Assembly (NCBI GenBank): GCA_963796055.1
Contig: CAWCKH010000003.1
Location: 704,001 to 768,000 of the forward strand
Length of the DNA stretch: 64,000 nt
Source: an uncultured delta proteobacterium
GTDB lineage: Bacteria; Myxococcota; Myxococcia; Myxococcales; Myxococcaceae
Direction of reading: 5' to 3'
The position numbers were made by a program, and so were the translations under genes. The notes under the pieces are model-generated. The model was not told the origin of the DNA. It saw only the letters and a list, made by a program, of their open reading frames with translations, and did not search any database. The first letter of the stretch is position 1; each line of letters starts with the position of its first letter. Positions 34,033 through 44,290 of this stretch are shown here, piece by piece.

Positions 34033-35796
34033 TTGCTGGAGCGAGCAGCAACGCGTGCGGTCGCCCGCATCGCGGTTGTGCTGGCCGTGGTCCCGCTGGC
34101 CGGCGCCCCGGGCGTAGCGAGGGCCGCCCCGAACGGCTGCGATCTACCACTGACGGTGACACCGACGACCATCCCCGCCGGCTCCCGCGAGGCCCGGGTC
34201 CGGATTCCCGCGAGGCTTCCCGCGAGCCTCTCCGGCATCCAGGTCCGCAGCAGCAGCGGAACGGTCAGCCCGCCGGTCGCCGTCAGGGCGAACGTGGTCA
34301 CGGCGGACTACACGGTCGACCCCGCTTCCCCGCAGCTCGTCATCGTCGCTGCGGTGAGCCAGAGAGCGTGCGGATTCTCGGTGGTTCGGGTCGCCGCGGC
34401 CTCTGACGCCGCCGTCCCCGCGCACCCCGCGACCGTGGCGGTGGTCGAGCCCGCAGCTGCGCCCGCCGAGCGCGAGGCCGAGGTAATGGTCTACGTCTTC
34501 GCCGTCGACGCGCGCGGCGCGGCCCGACGCGGAAGCGCCCCGACGTTCCGACCGGCCGCCGGGGTCATTACCCGCGTCGATCCACTCGGGCCCGGAGTCT
34601 GGCGTGGGCGCTGGAGCGTGCCGTCCGGGGACGCCAGGGCCAGCGCGGTGGAGGTCGCCTTCGGGTCGGAGTCGCCCGTTTCGGGTTCCCTGGCCCGGAC
34701 GGCCGGCACGCCAGCGAGCATCGAGATCACCCCGGACCCGGACCGCCCCACGGTCGTCACCGGAACTCCGACTTCCGTGACCGTCCGTCTTCGGGATTCC
34801 GTCGGCAATCCGACCGATGCGGCCCTGCAGGTGGAGTCCGACGTGGGGACGATCGACGAGCCGGTCCGCCTCGAGCCCGGCGTCTACCGGGTGCCGATCA
34901 CCGCGCCTCCGGGCACACTGCAGAGCTCGATGACGCTCACCGTCATCGCGGGCCGGGCAGTCGCCAGCGCTACCCTCCCCGTCACGCCCGCGACTGCGGC
35001 GAAGATCACCATCGAACCGCACGCACCGATCAGCGCGGACGAGCACGCCCCGGGAGAGCTGGTGGTCCTCGCGGTCGAGGTGGTCGACGCCTTCGGCAAC
35101 CCCGCGAGCGACGTTCCGGTGGGCTCGGCGGAACGCGGTGAGTTCCGGGAGGCCATGGCCGTCAGACCGGGTCGCTGGGCCTTGCCCTACCTCCCACCCC
35201 GGCTCTCGGAGGATACCGTCGACCCGGTTGTCATCCGGGCGGGTGCCACCTCCACCACGCTGAACCTGGAGCTGCTGGCGAAACGCCTCTTTTTTTCCCT
35301 GGGGCTGAAGGCCGCGGTGGCGGTGGGAGGGAGTGTGGGACCCGCCGTGGGGGTCGAGGGCGGGGTGTGGAGGCGCTTCGGCCGCACGCAGCTTGGCCTG
35401 GTGCTCGACGTGAGCTGGTGGACGCTCTCGCAGTCGAACAGCACGACAATCGGCGGCGCAGCCGCGACCTACGACGCGACGCAGAACCATCTCCCCTTCC
35501 TTCTCTCGCTGGCCTGGCGGCTGCCGTTCGCAGGCCACTGGATGCTCTGGGCGAGCACCGGCGCCGGGGGCAGCTTGGTCTCCAACAGCGCCCGGCTGGA
35601 GGGTCAGCCCTCGGTCAACGAGAGCGGGCTTGCCCCGGCGGCGACTCTCTCAATCTCCGCGGGTCCGCGGCTCGGGCCGGGAGCCCTGTTCCTCGAGCTC
35701 CGCGTCACCTGGATCGGCGATCCGGGGCTCTCGACGCTGAGCGGGTCCAGCACCACATTCCTCGGTCTGCTCGGGTATCGCTTCGATGTCGACTAG
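34033..35796 (+). CDS. Secreted protein with Ig-like (invasin/Big-like) domains and a probable C-terminal outer-membrane beta-barrel
   Basis: Signal peptide; RDSVGNP and VDAFGNP Ig motifs; amphipathic strands ending LGLLGYRF. The start position is uncertain. Confidence 0.65.
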   Translation: MLERAATRAVARIAVVLAVVPLAGAPGVARAAPNGCDLPLTVTPTTIPAGSREARVRIPARLPASLSGIQVRSSSGTVSPPVAVRANVVTADYTVDPASPQLVIVAAVSQRACGFSVVRVAAASDAAVPAHPATVAVVEPAAAPAEREAEVMVYVFAVDARGAARRGSAPTFRPAAGVITRVDPLGPGVWRGRWSVPSGDARASAVEVAFGSESPVSGSLARTAGTPASIEITPDPDRPTVVTGTPTSVTVRLRDSVGNPTDAALQVESDVGTIDEPVRLEPGVYRVPITAPPGTLQSSMTLTVIAGRAVASATLPVTPATAAKITIEPHAPISADEHAPGELVVLAVEVVDAFGNPASDVPVGSAERGEFREAMAVRPGRWALPYLPPRLSEDTVDPVVIRAGATSTTLNLELLAKRLFFSLGLKAAVAVGGSVGPAVGVEGGVWRRFGRTQLGLVLDVSWWTLSQSNSTTIGGAAATYDATQNHLPFLLSLAWRLPFAGHWMLWASTGAGGSLVSNSARLEGQPSVNESGLAPAATLSISAGPRLGPGALFLELRVTWIGDPGLSTLSGSSTTFLGLLGYRFDVD

Positions 35797-38700
35797 GAGC
35801 AGACTTCCCTTGATTCTCGCAGTCGTCGCCCTCGTCAGGTGTGGGGACACCGAGCTCCCCAGCCCCGCGCCCACGTCGGTCAGCCCCGGCCGCGGCTTCG
35901 CGGGCAACGCCACGCCGGTCGTGATCCAGGGCAACGGCTTCTCCGTCCGCACCGTCCAGTCGGCGTCGGGCGGTGCACCCACGGTGGACGAGACCTTCCA
36001 GGCATGGATGGGAGACCAGGCGCTGCTCGACGTTCACCGGGTCGACCAGCAGACGCTCACCGCCACCGTTCCGGCCGGGCTCTCCCCCGGGGTCAAGACC
36101 CTGCGCGTCCAGGGGCCGTTCGGCACCTCCGGTGAGCTTCCCAATGCCTTCACGGTCGAGGGCACTGCCCTGGCTTCGATCTCCGCCACCATCGCCGCCG
36201 CGCCGCCAACGGTCAGCATCGGCCAGGTGATCACGGTCACGGCGACGGTCACCAACACCGGGACGACCTCGGCCACCGGCGCCGCACCCACCCCTCCCAC
36301 GGTGAGCGGGACTGGCGCGGCGGACCCGTCCAGCGGGCCCGATCCAGCCTCGATCGCCACGTTGGGCCCGGGTGAATCGGAAACCTTCACCTGGACCTAC
36401 TCCGCCACCGGCGCGGGAACGCTCGCCTTCGCATCCTCGGTCCACGCCACCGACAGCTTCTCCGGCACCACGATCACCGCGGTGACCGATCCGGCCAGCC
36501 CGGCGACGGTCACGGTGGTGCGCCCGGCGGCGCTGACCGCGAGCCTTCCCTCTTCCGGGGCTGCCGCGTTCGGCCGCGAGTTCACGGTCATGATGACGGT
36601 GAACAACACCGGCGGGGCGGCGGTGAAGAACCTGGTGCCGGCTGTGCCCACGGTGGCTCCGAGCGGACTTGCGGCCCTGAAGGCCGGCACCGGGCCGGTC
36701 CCGGTCTCCGTCGACTCGCTCCTCCCGGGGGCGAGCGCCACCTTCACCTGGACATTCGTGGCCGGCAACACCCCCGGCAAGGTGCAGTTCTCCTCGAGCG
36801 CAAGCGGGAACGACGACAACTCCGGGGCGCCGGTGGCTTCCCCCGTCGCCACCTCGGGTGACTTCACCGTCGGCGCGGCGGGGCTGAACGCCTCGCTGTC
36901 CGCCGCGCCGGCGACGGCCAGCGTCGGGCAGCCCCTCACCTTGACGCTGACGGCGACCAACCCCGGGCTCGCGGACGTCCGGAACTTCGCCGTGAGCACC
37001 CCCAGCGTCGACTCCACCGATGGCGCCAACGCCGCGCTGGCCACGGGCCCCACTCCGGCGCCGCCCGCGGTGCTCGCCGCCGGACAGACCGTCAACATCG
37101 CCTGGACCTACGACCCGGCGTTGACCCCGGGCCTCTCCTCGGGGCACCTCGCCTTCGGGGTCATTGCGAGCGGCACCGACGGGTTCTCCGGCGATCCGAT
37201 CACCGCGCAGCCCGCGGCGTCGTCCACCGTCCAGTCCCCGCCGACGCTGGTTGCCAGCCTCACCGCGGCGCGGACGCCACCGGTTCCCACCGGCCAGCCC
37301 TTCACCGTGAACACCGGCCAGGCATTCACCTTGAGCCTCGCGGTGAGCAACACCGGAGGGGCGTCGGCGGTGGCGGTCACCGCCACGCCGATTGCCGGGT
37401 GCGCGGCGCCCTCTCCCGCCTCGTCCACAGTCACGCCCGGGAATCCGGTGGTCTTCCTCTACGCGAGCTGCTCCTCGGCCGCGGCGGGGACGCTCACCCC
37501 CTCGGCCTCCGCGTCGGGCATGGACGCCAATAGCCCCTCGACGGCGGTGACGTCGAATCCATCGAGCGTCACAGTGGTCGTGCAAACCCCGGCGGCGGTC
37601 ACCGCCACCGTGCTGGCAACGTCGCCGTCGACTCTCAGCGTCGGGCAGGCATTCACCGTCACCCTGACCCTGACAAAGACCGGAACGGCCGCGGCCAACG
37701 TCACCGGCGTGTCGCTCACCGGCACGACCTGCGCCACCGGCCCCGCGATGCCGGTGAACGCCATCGGCGCAACCCTGAACCTCACCTGGTCCGGGTGCAC
37801 GGCGCCCGCGACCCCGCAGACGCTCACCTTGGCGGGCTCCGTGACGTGGGTGGACACCAACACCGGGACGGTCCGGACGGCAGGCCCCGTCTCGGCCTCC
37901 GTTCCGGTCGTCGCCGCCGCCTTGGTGGCCGCCACGAACATCACCACGACCCCGGCCACCCTGAGCACGGGACAGACCTTCTCCATCACCCTGACCCTCA
38001 CCAAGTCGGGCGGGGCTGCGGCGAACGTGACCGTCGCCACGACGAGCTACTCCCCGCCCTGCCTGAGCCCGCCGGCGTTCCCGATCAACAACATCGCGGC
38101 GACCCAGGCCCTCGTCTGGAGCAATTGCACCGCGCCGTCGACCGCGGGGGCCTTGGCCCTGGCCGGCTCGGCGACCTGGGAGGACGCCAACGTGCCGGGG
38201 GTCTTCAACACCACGAACCTGACGGCAACCTCGATTGTCGTGCAGCAGGCCGCCGCGCTGTCGGCCAGCTTCGCGGCCCAGCCGCCTCCCACCGCCAGCG
38301 TCGGGCAACCCCTGGCGCTCACGGTCGCGGTGTCGAACACCGCCGGCGCCGGGGGAGCGACCGCGAACAACGTGACCGTCACCGCTTCCGTCACCGGGAC
38401 GCTCGGCGCGACCGCCTCCTGCACCGGGGCCAGTCCGGGCGCCTCGTCCATCGCCGGGGGTGCGTCGCTGCCGTTCACCTTCACCTGCACCCCACTCACC
38501 ACAGGCACGCTCACCTTCACCGCCACGGTGAACGGCACGGCGGCGAACAGCGGAACCGCGCTGACCGCGGCCGCCACCACATCGCCGGCGACGACGATCC
38601 AGACACCGGCGGCCCTGGCCGTGACCTTCGCCTCGCAGCCCCCGTCCCCGGTCAACGCCGGACAGGTGGTCTCCCTGACCGCGAACGTCCGCAACACCGC

Positions 38701-39907
38701 TGGGGCGGGCGGGGCGGCGGCGACTACGGTCTCGGTGACCCCGAGCTTCTCGACGGTGACGGGAACAGCGGCCGCCTCCTGCTCCACGGCCTCCCCGGCC
38801 TCCTCGACCATCGCCGCCAACTCCACCGTGCCGTTCACCTTCACCTGTACACCCTGGGGGGCGGGAACCCTCACCTTCACCGCGACCGCGAACGGCACCG
38901 CAGCAAACACCGGCAACGCGCTCACCGCTGCGGCCACCACCTCGCCGGCGACGATCGTGCTCGCCCCGGTCGTCATCGCCCCCGCGACGGCAAGCGTTCC
39001 CCCGAGGGGAGTCCTGACCTTCATCGCCAGCGGCGGAAGTGGATCTGGCTTCACCTGGTCGCTGTCCACCAACGCCTCGGGCGGATCCGTCAACGCCAGC
39101 ACCGGCGCCTACACCGCCGGCGCGACGGGGAGTGTCACCGATGTGGTCCGGGTCGTCGACTCGCTCGGCAACGCCGCGACCCGCACCGTCGCGGTCGGAC
39201 CCGGAGTCTCCATCTCCGGAGTGACGGCGGTCGCCCCTCGCGGGTCGGCGACCTTCACCGCGAGCGGCGGCAGCGGCTCGGGCTACGCCTGGTCGCTGTC
39301 CACCAACGTCTCGGGCGGGTCCATCAATGCCAGCACCGGCGTCTACACCGCCGGCGCCACACCCAACGTCACCGACGTGGTCCGGGTCGTCGACTCGCTC
39401 GGCAACGGTGCCAACCAGAACGTGACGGTCGGGGCGGGCGTCTCCATCTCCGGAGTGACGGCGGTCGCCCCTCGCGGGTCGGCGACCTTCACCGCCAGCG
39501 GCGGCAGCGGCTCGGGCTACGCCTGGTCGCTGTCCACCAACGTGTCGGGCGGGTCCATCAATGCCAGCACCGGCGTCTACACCGCCGGCGCCACACCCAA
39601 CGTCACCGACGTGGTCCGGGTCGTCGACTCCCTCGGCAACGCGGCCACCCAGAACGTGGCGGTCGGGCCTGGCGTCTCGATCAGCGGTCCGGCCACGGTC
39701 CCGGTCTCAGGCTCGGCGACCTTCACCGCCAGCGGCGGCAGCGGCTCGGGCTACACCTGGGCGCTGTCCACCAACGCCTCGGGCGGGACCATCAATGCCA
39801 GCACCGGCGTCTACACGGCCGGCGCCACACCCAACGTCACCGACGTCGTGAGCGTCCAGGATTCCGTGGGGAATTCAGCCAGCGCCACCGTGTCGGTGAC
39901 CCCCTAG
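35786..39907 (+). CDS. Giant Ala/Thr/Ser-rich surface lipoprotein (1373 aa) with IPT/TIG and tandem Ig-like repeats
   Basis: Lipobox LVRC; SVSP..G..V.IQG.GF IPT start; many beta-sandwich repeats. Confidence 0.85.
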   Translation: MSTRSRLPLILAVVALVRCGDTELPSPAPTSVSPGRGFAGNATPVVIQGNGFSVRTVQSASGGAPTVDETFQAWMGDQALLDVHRVDQQTLTATVPAGLSPGVKTLRVQGPFGTSGELPNAFTVEGTALASISATIAAAPPTVSIGQVITVTATVTNTGTTSATGAAPTPPTVSGTGAADPSSGPDPASIATLGPGESETFTWTYSATGAGTLAFASSVHATDSFSGTTITAVTDPASPATVTVVRPAALTASLPSSGAAAFGREFTVMMTVNNTGGAAVKNLVPAVPTVAPSGLAALKAGTGPVPVSVDSLLPGASATFTWTFVAGNTPGKVQFSSSASGNDDNSGAPVASPVATSGDFTVGAAGLNASLSAAPATASVGQPLTLTLTATNPGLADVRNFAVSTPSVDSTDGANAALATGPTPAPPAVLAAGQTVNIAWTYDPALTPGLSSGHLAFGVIASGTDGFSGDPITAQPAASSTVQSPPTLVASLTAARTPPVPTGQPFTVNTGQAFTLSLAVSNTGGASAVAVTATPIAGCAAPSPASSTVTPGNPVVFLYASCSSAAAGTLTPSASASGMDANSPSTAVTSNPSSVTVVVQTPAAVTATVLATSPSTLSVGQAFTVTLTLTKTGTAAANVTGVSLTGTTCATGPAMPVNAIGATLNLTWSGCTAPATPQTLTLAGSVTWVDTNTGTVRTAGPVSASVPVVAAALVAATNITTTPATLSTGQTFSITLTLTKSGGAAANVTVATTSYSPPCLSPPAFPINNIAATQALVWSNCTAPSTAGALALAGSATWEDANVPGVFNTTNLTATSIVVQQAAALSASFAAQPPPTASVGQPLALTVAVSNTAGAGGATANNVTVTASVTGTLGATASCTGASPGASSIAGGASLPFTFTCTPLTTGTLTFTATVNGTAANSGTALTAAATTSPATTIQTPAALAVTFASQPPSPVNAGQVVSLTANVRNTAGAGGAAATTVSVTPSFSTVTGTAAASCSTASPASSTIAANSTVPFTFTCTPWGAGTLTFTATANGTAANTGNALTAAATTSPATIVLAPVVIAPATASVPPRGVLTFIASGGSGSGFTWSLSTNASGGSVNASTGAYTAGATGSVTDVVRVVDSLGNAATRTVAVGPGVSISGVTAVAPRGSATFTASGGSGSGYAWSLSTNVSGGSINASTGVYTAGATPNVTDVVRVVDSLGNGANQNVTVGAGVSISGVTAVAPRGSATFTASGGSGSGYAWSLSTNVSGGSINASTGVYTAGATPNVTDVVRVVDSLGNAATQNVAVGPGVSISGPATVPVSGSATFTASGGSGSGYTWALSTNASGGTINASTGVYTAGATPNVTDVVSVQDSVGNSASATVSVTP
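38970..39904 (+). repeat. Four intragenic tandem repeats, 234-bp (78-aa) period
   Basis: Unit starts at ~38972, 39206, 39440, 39674; units 2 and 3 nearly identical. A 360-bp duplicated module also lies at ~38250-38960. Confidence 0.92.
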
Positions 39908-40126
39908 CCAGCAAGTCCAGGTGTCCATGGGCCGAACCGGGTCGGGCCGCGCCATCTCCGATCGGTAGCGCCGGACGAGTCGCTTCCCAACCTGTCCAGG
40001 GTCGGACGCGAGCCTCGGCGGTCAAACTTGAGAATGGAGCCGCTCGCCACCTATTAATTCCTGTCAAACGTATAGTGGCGAGGATTTCTTTTCTACCACC
40101 TACCGATTCAGTGTAGTGTCCACCGC

Positions 40127-40897
40127 ATGCCAAGAACGCTCGATCCGATGAGGGCGATCACCGGCGCCCTCCGAGGCCTGGAAGGCGCGATGCGCGCGCT
40201 GGTGGAGGAAAACACCCATCTCAGGAAGCAGGTGCTCCTCGACGGGCGGAGCGGGAGAGGTCGGATCGCCCGCGTTGGCCGGGCTGGTGATGGAGTGCCC
40301 CGCAAGCGGGGCCGTGCCTTCAAGTTCACCGATGATCAGGCGAACGAGTTCCGCAAGCAGGTCGAGGGTGGCAAGAGCGCCGCCTCCCTGGCCAAGGAGC
40401 TGAAGGTCTCGCTCCCCACCATGTACAACACCCTCAAGCGCGCAGGCTGGAAGCCGCGCACCGGGCGCGGGCGAGGATCCGCCGGCCGCACCGTCCGGGT
40501 GTCCGACGGGGTCCCGCGCAAGCGGGGGCGGGCCTTCAAGTTCACGGCCAATCAGGCGAGCGAGTTCCGCAAGCAGGTCGAGGGTGGCAAGAGCGCCGTC
40601 TCCCTGGCCAGGGAGCTGAAGGTCTCGCTCCCCACCATGTACAACACCCTCAAGCGCGCAGGCTGGAAGCCGCGCACCGGGCGCGGACGAAACCCCACCC
40701 GGCGCGCGGCCAGGATGCGCGACGGGGCTCCGCGCAAGCGCGGGCGGGCGTTCAAGTTCACCGTGGATCAGGCGGGCGAGTTCCGCAAACAGGTCGAGGG
40801 TGGCAAGAGCGCCGCCTCCATGGCCAAGGAGCTGAAGGTCTCGCTCCCCACCATGTACAACACCCTCCGGCGCGCAGGCTGGAAGGGCCGCAGGTAG
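40127..40897 (+). CDS. Basic DNA-binding protein: coiled coil plus three tandem RGR-HTH repeats
   Basis: Three copies of RKRGRAFKFT..QA.EFRKQVEGGKSA.S.A.ELKVSLPTMYNTL.RAGW with a 216-bp period (40319, 40535, 40751). Confidence 0.85.
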   Translation: MPRTLDPMRAITGALRGLEGAMRALVEENTHLRKQVLLDGRSGRGRIARVGRAGDGVPRKRGRAFKFTDDQANEFRKQVEGGKSAASLAKELKVSLPTMYNTLKRAGWKPRTGRGRGSAGRTVRVSDGVPRKRGRAFKFTANQASEFRKQVEGGKSAVSLARELKVSLPTMYNTLKRAGWKPRTGRGRNPTRRAARMRDGAPRKRGRAFKFTVDQAGEFRKQVEGGKSAASMAKELKVSLPTMYNTLRRAGWKGRR

Positions 40898-41036
40898 CGC
40901 AGGGGCTGGCAGGTGGGCGACCGCCCCTGTTCTCTGGAGAACGGGGCCTCCTGGACCCGGTGATGGGTGCGGACGCACGCGTTCCTTGAAGCCGCGCCTC
41001 GACCGGTGTCTCATCGGCACCGAGGGGAGCGGGCAG

Positions 41037-41387
41037 ATGCGGCGAAGAGCGTTGCTGATGCTACCTGCGGCGGCGTTCCTGGCAGCGACGACGTTCACCA
41101 CCACCACGCTCCACCCTCGCCGCTCCGAGGCAGCTCGAGACGAGATTTCACCGATTGCACCTTCACCACCGCGGTGGGCGAGAAGGACCTCCAGTGCGAA
41201 GGGCTCACCGAGACCTTTGGAGACGTCTCGGGAGATACCTTCATCCGCCTGTATTACGACTGCAGAGTTCCTTTCCTGCATCTCCACCTGCGGGTTTGTG
41301 GATGGGCAGTACGCCGGCTGCGATGGCTACCCCGGCGCGCACAAGGCAATGGGCTGCTCGACCGTGGGCTCGAACATGCCGAGGTAG
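41037..41387 (+). CDS. Small secreted Cys-rich protein, possibly frameshifted
   Basis: Signal-like MRRRALLMLPAAAFLA; Cys-rich segments split across two frames. Confidence 0.35.
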   Translation: MRRRALLMLPAAAFLAATTFTTTTLHPRRSEAARDEISPIAPSPPRWARRTSSAKGSPRPLETSREIPSSACITTAEFLSCISTCGFVDGQYAGCDGYPGAHKAMGCSTVGSNMPR

Positions 41388-43538
41388 CTCGCGGGCGCGC
41401 TCCGCTCGTCCTCCGGACCGGACAGAGGCGGAGGACTCTCCGCCAGCGCTTCCGGAGACTCCGAAGAGCGGGAGACGGGGGTCGAAGCCGCGACCCTCGC
41501 TTGGGAAGCGCATCCGCGGCGATTCCGCCGCTTCCACCGGTTCACACCCGTTGGGCCAGAGTCGTAGTTCCGAGGGCTTGGCCGAGGCGGAGGAGGCCGG
41601 GCCCCTTCCATCCGCTCCATCGATTCCACCGGTTCCGCTCCCGCTTGTTTCACCGCTTGCTTCAGGGGTCCGGGGGCAAACCACCGTGCGGACCCAGGGG
41701 ACCAGTCTGGACCCGAGCGAAGCCACCGCGCCCGTCACCGCCGGAGCCGCCTCCTCGGTCAGCATCTGCTTGATCTGCCGCTCCGCGAGCCTATGGATGC
41801 GGCGCATCCACCGCGAGGGCTCGAGCTTCAGCGAGGCCAGCTCCCTCGGCCGAACTACTTGCGGCTGACCGAGGAAGTCGACGTGGAGCTCCTCGGGTCG
41901 GACCGGGAGGCCAGGAGCCAGCGCCGACATCTTCTCCAGAAGGTGCCGCAGGCGATCGCGGCTGCCGAGGAGCTCGGCCCGGAGGCGGTCCAGGACCTCG
42001 CCCACGACTTCGGCCAGAACGTCACCGACCACCGCTCCGACGGGACTCTCGGCCGAGTCGGCCAACATCCGCGTGAGCTCGCCTGCCGCGCGATCGAGAG
42101 CACGAGGGGTGGCAGCCTCGAGCGCCTGGACCAGCGTGCCGCAGCGGCGCTCCGCCTCCCGGAGCACCTGCTCGGCATCCAGCGCGAGCTGCTCGAGTTC
42201 CTTCCGTCCGGCATCGCCGGAGGTGGTCGGGCCGCTGGTGATGACTGCGAGGCGGGCCTTCAACGTCGCCGCCACGCCCTGCTGGAGAGCCGCGAGCTTG
42301 CGCTCTGCCGACGTCCGGCTCAGGGTGGCCACCTGCGAGACGAGGGGGCCGACCTCCCGCTCGAACCAATCCTCGGCCAGCTGTCGCTCCGTGCCCACCG
42401 TGCTCACCAGACCGACCGGAATGTCGACGCCGAGGTGCGAGTGGAGCTGCCCGGCGAGGTAATCGCGGACACGCTCCCGATCCGAGCCCGACAGCAGGTC
42501 GACTTTGCTCAGGGCGACCTTGACCGGAATCCCCGATTCGTACAGCAGCCGGACGATGTCCAGGTCCTCCCGTCCCGGGGCGCTCGCCCCATCGACCAGG
42601 AGGACTCCAAGGTCGCACCTGGGGAGGTAGGCATAGGAGGCGCGGGCTCCGGAGGTGGCGAGCGAGCCGACGCCAGGAGTGTCGACCAGCGCGACGTCGC
42701 CCCGGAGTCGATGCGAAGGGACATGGGCCACCACCCGCACGACGCGCCTGGCATTGCCCGGGTTCCGCTGCTCCGAGACGTACTCCCCGAGCTGCTCGAG
42801 GCCCACCTCCATGGGCTCGCGCTCCGCGAGATGAATCTCCGCCTTCGGGACCTCGCCCAGGACGATCCGGGTGGGAACCGCGGTGACCGGGGTCACGCCC
42901 ACTGGCAGGACGTTCGTGCCGAGAACGGCGTTGAGAAGGGAAGACTTGCCCGAGCTGACCCGCCCGAACACCGCGATGTCGAACGTCTTTGTCTCGAGCC
43001 GCTCGAGGAGGGCCTCGAGCAATCCGCGGAACTCGACCAATCCCTGTTCGCGGATGACGCGCTCCAGAACCGCCACCCGCCGGACGTCAAACGGTACGCC
43101 CTCCAGGCGCTGCAGCCTGGTGCCGAGGTCCCGCCCGAGCCCCTCGACGATGTACGCGTGGAGCCGGCGGACGATCCGGTCAAGGGCGCGCTGGATCAAG
43201 CGCTGATCCTCCTCGCTCAGCAGGCCGTACCCTCGCAGGCGAGAGGGTGAGGTCTCCTCGATGGTGATCTCCGCGAAGGTCAGCGAGGTCTGGATCGCCC
43301 AGGTTGCCGTCACCCGGGGCTTCGCGAGCTGAAGCCCCAGCCCCTGGTATGCCTCGAGCAGTCGCTCGTGGAGGCGTTCCAGATAGTCGGCCACCACCTG
43401 CTGCTGCGCGGGCTGGAGGTCCGGAGAAATCTCCGAGAACGCGGACTGCCGGGACGAGGCCGCCCGCTCGACCTCCCGGATCAGGCGATCCAGCTGGACG
43501 AAGGTTGCGGTCAGCACGCGGCGGTGGTTGTCGTTCAA
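41241..43538 (-). CDS. Bacterial dynamin-like GTPase B (C-terminus probably truncated near 41680)
   Basis: G1 GRVSSGKS, G2 PVTAVP, G3 VDTPG, G4 SKVD; TTG start overlapping the upstream stop. The tail after ~41680 is low-complexity and reads through the att copy. Confidence 0.85.
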   Translation of the reverse strand: MNDNHRRVLTATFVQLDRLIREVERAASSRQSAFSEISPDLQPAQQQVVADYLERLHERLLEAYQGLGLQLAKPRVTATWAIQTSLTFAEITIEETSPSRLRGYGLLSEEDQRLIQRALDRIVRRLHAYIVEGLGRDLGTRLQRLEGVPFDVRRVAVLERVIREQGLVEFRGLLEALLERLETKTFDIAVFGRVSSGKSSLLNAVLGTNVLPVGVTPVTAVPTRIVLGEVPKAEIHLAEREPMEVGLEQLGEYVSEQRNPGNARRVVRVVAHVPSHRLRGDVALVDTPGVGSLATSGARASYAYLPRCDLGVLLVDGASAPGREDLDIVRLLYESGIPVKVALSKVDLLSGSDRERVRDYLAGQLHSHLGVDIPVGLVSTVGTERQLAEDWFEREVGPLVSQVATLSRTSAERKLAALQQGVAATLKARLAVITSGPTTSGDAGRKELEQLALDAEQVLREAERRCGTLVQALEAATPRALDRAAGELTRMLADSAESPVGAVVGDVLAEVVGEVLDRLRAELLGSRDRLRHLLEKMSALAPGLPVRPEELHVDFLGQPQVVRPRELASLKLEPSRWMRRIHRLAERQIKQMLTEEAAPAVTGAVASLGSRLVPWVRTVVCPRTPEASGETSGSGTGGIDGADGRGPASSASAKPSELRLWPNGCEPVEAAESPRMRFPSEGRGFDPRLPLFGVSGSAGGESSASVRSGGRAERARELPRHVRAHGRAAHCLVRAGVAIAAGVLPIHKPAGGDAGKELCSRNTGG
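41466..41507 (-). repeat. att-like repeat: degenerate 3' half of tRNA-Gly(CCC)
   Basis: Minus strand TTCCCAAGCGAGGGTCGCGGCTTCGACCCCCGTCTCCCGCTC; matches 55401-55443 with one substitution and one deletion. Confidence 0.85.
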
Positions 43539-44290
43539 CCTCCACCCCCGGAGGCACGCGAAGCGCTCGGCGTGAGGTACTGCCGCGCGACGGCGACCGC
43601 ACGCTCGGTCCGCAGCCGCTCGCCGCGGATCCGGCCCTCCCTCCACGACTGCGGATCCTCGAGTGCCTGAACGAGCACCGACAGGATGCCCGGCCGTCCA
43701 GCGGCGATCTCGAGCAACAGCGCCCGATCCTCCACCCCAGGAGCTCGAGGCAGGCGCGCAGCTTCGAGCCGCCTCTCGAGCAGCGCTCGCATCTGGCGCG
43801 ACCCGAGCGGCGGAACCGCAACTTCCAGATACGCAAGGCGAAGCGCCCGAACACCAGCGTGATCCCGTGCGTGCTCGACGTCCGCAGCGAGAGCGACTCC
43901 GAGCCCGGTACCTCGAAGCGAGCGCAGGTATCCCTTCAGCGCGGTCCCGGCAGCACGCACTCCGTCCAGGAGCAACGTTCCCCGCTGGCGCTCGACGGCG
44001 AGCCGAAGCAGGCCGCGCACGTGGGACTGCCGTCCCTGTGCACTCGTCGCGGGGTAGGCGCGGAGCAGGGCCTGGGTGACGTCGGAGAGGTGCTCCGTCC
44101 GGCGGGCGTACCCGCACGGACACCCGGACGCGAGGGCGCGTCGTCGGAGTTCGAGGAGCAGCGCGGTCTTTCCCACCCCCAGTGGTCCATGGAGCAGGAG
44201 CGTTTGCCCCTCCGCGACCTGCCGCTCCAGCGAGTCCAGCAGGGCCGCCCGGCCGAGAAGCCCGGCTGAATGCGTGCCCTCGCCCATCAC
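43535..44290 (-). CDS. P-loop (AAA+-like) ATP-binding protein
   Basis: LLGR, Walker A GPLGVGKT, Walker B LLLD, AAGRPG; coupled to both neighbours. Confidence 0.75.
   Translation of the reverse strand: MMGEGTHSAGLLGRAALLDSLERQVAEGQTLLLHGPLGVGKTALLLELRRRALASGCPCGYARRTEHLSDVTQALLRAYPATSAQGRQSHVRGLLRLAVERQRGTLLLDGVRAAGTALKGYLRSLRGTGLGVALAADVEHARDHAGVRALRLAYLEVAVPPLGSRQMRALLERRLEAARLPRAPGVEDRALLLEIAAGRPGILSVLVQALEDPQSWREGRIRGERLRTERAVAVARQYLTPSASRASGGGG

Noticed and set aside
38970..40890. CRISPR-like arrays
   Set aside because: The repeats are in-frame coding units (234 and 216 bp) without unique spacers, and no cas genes are present.
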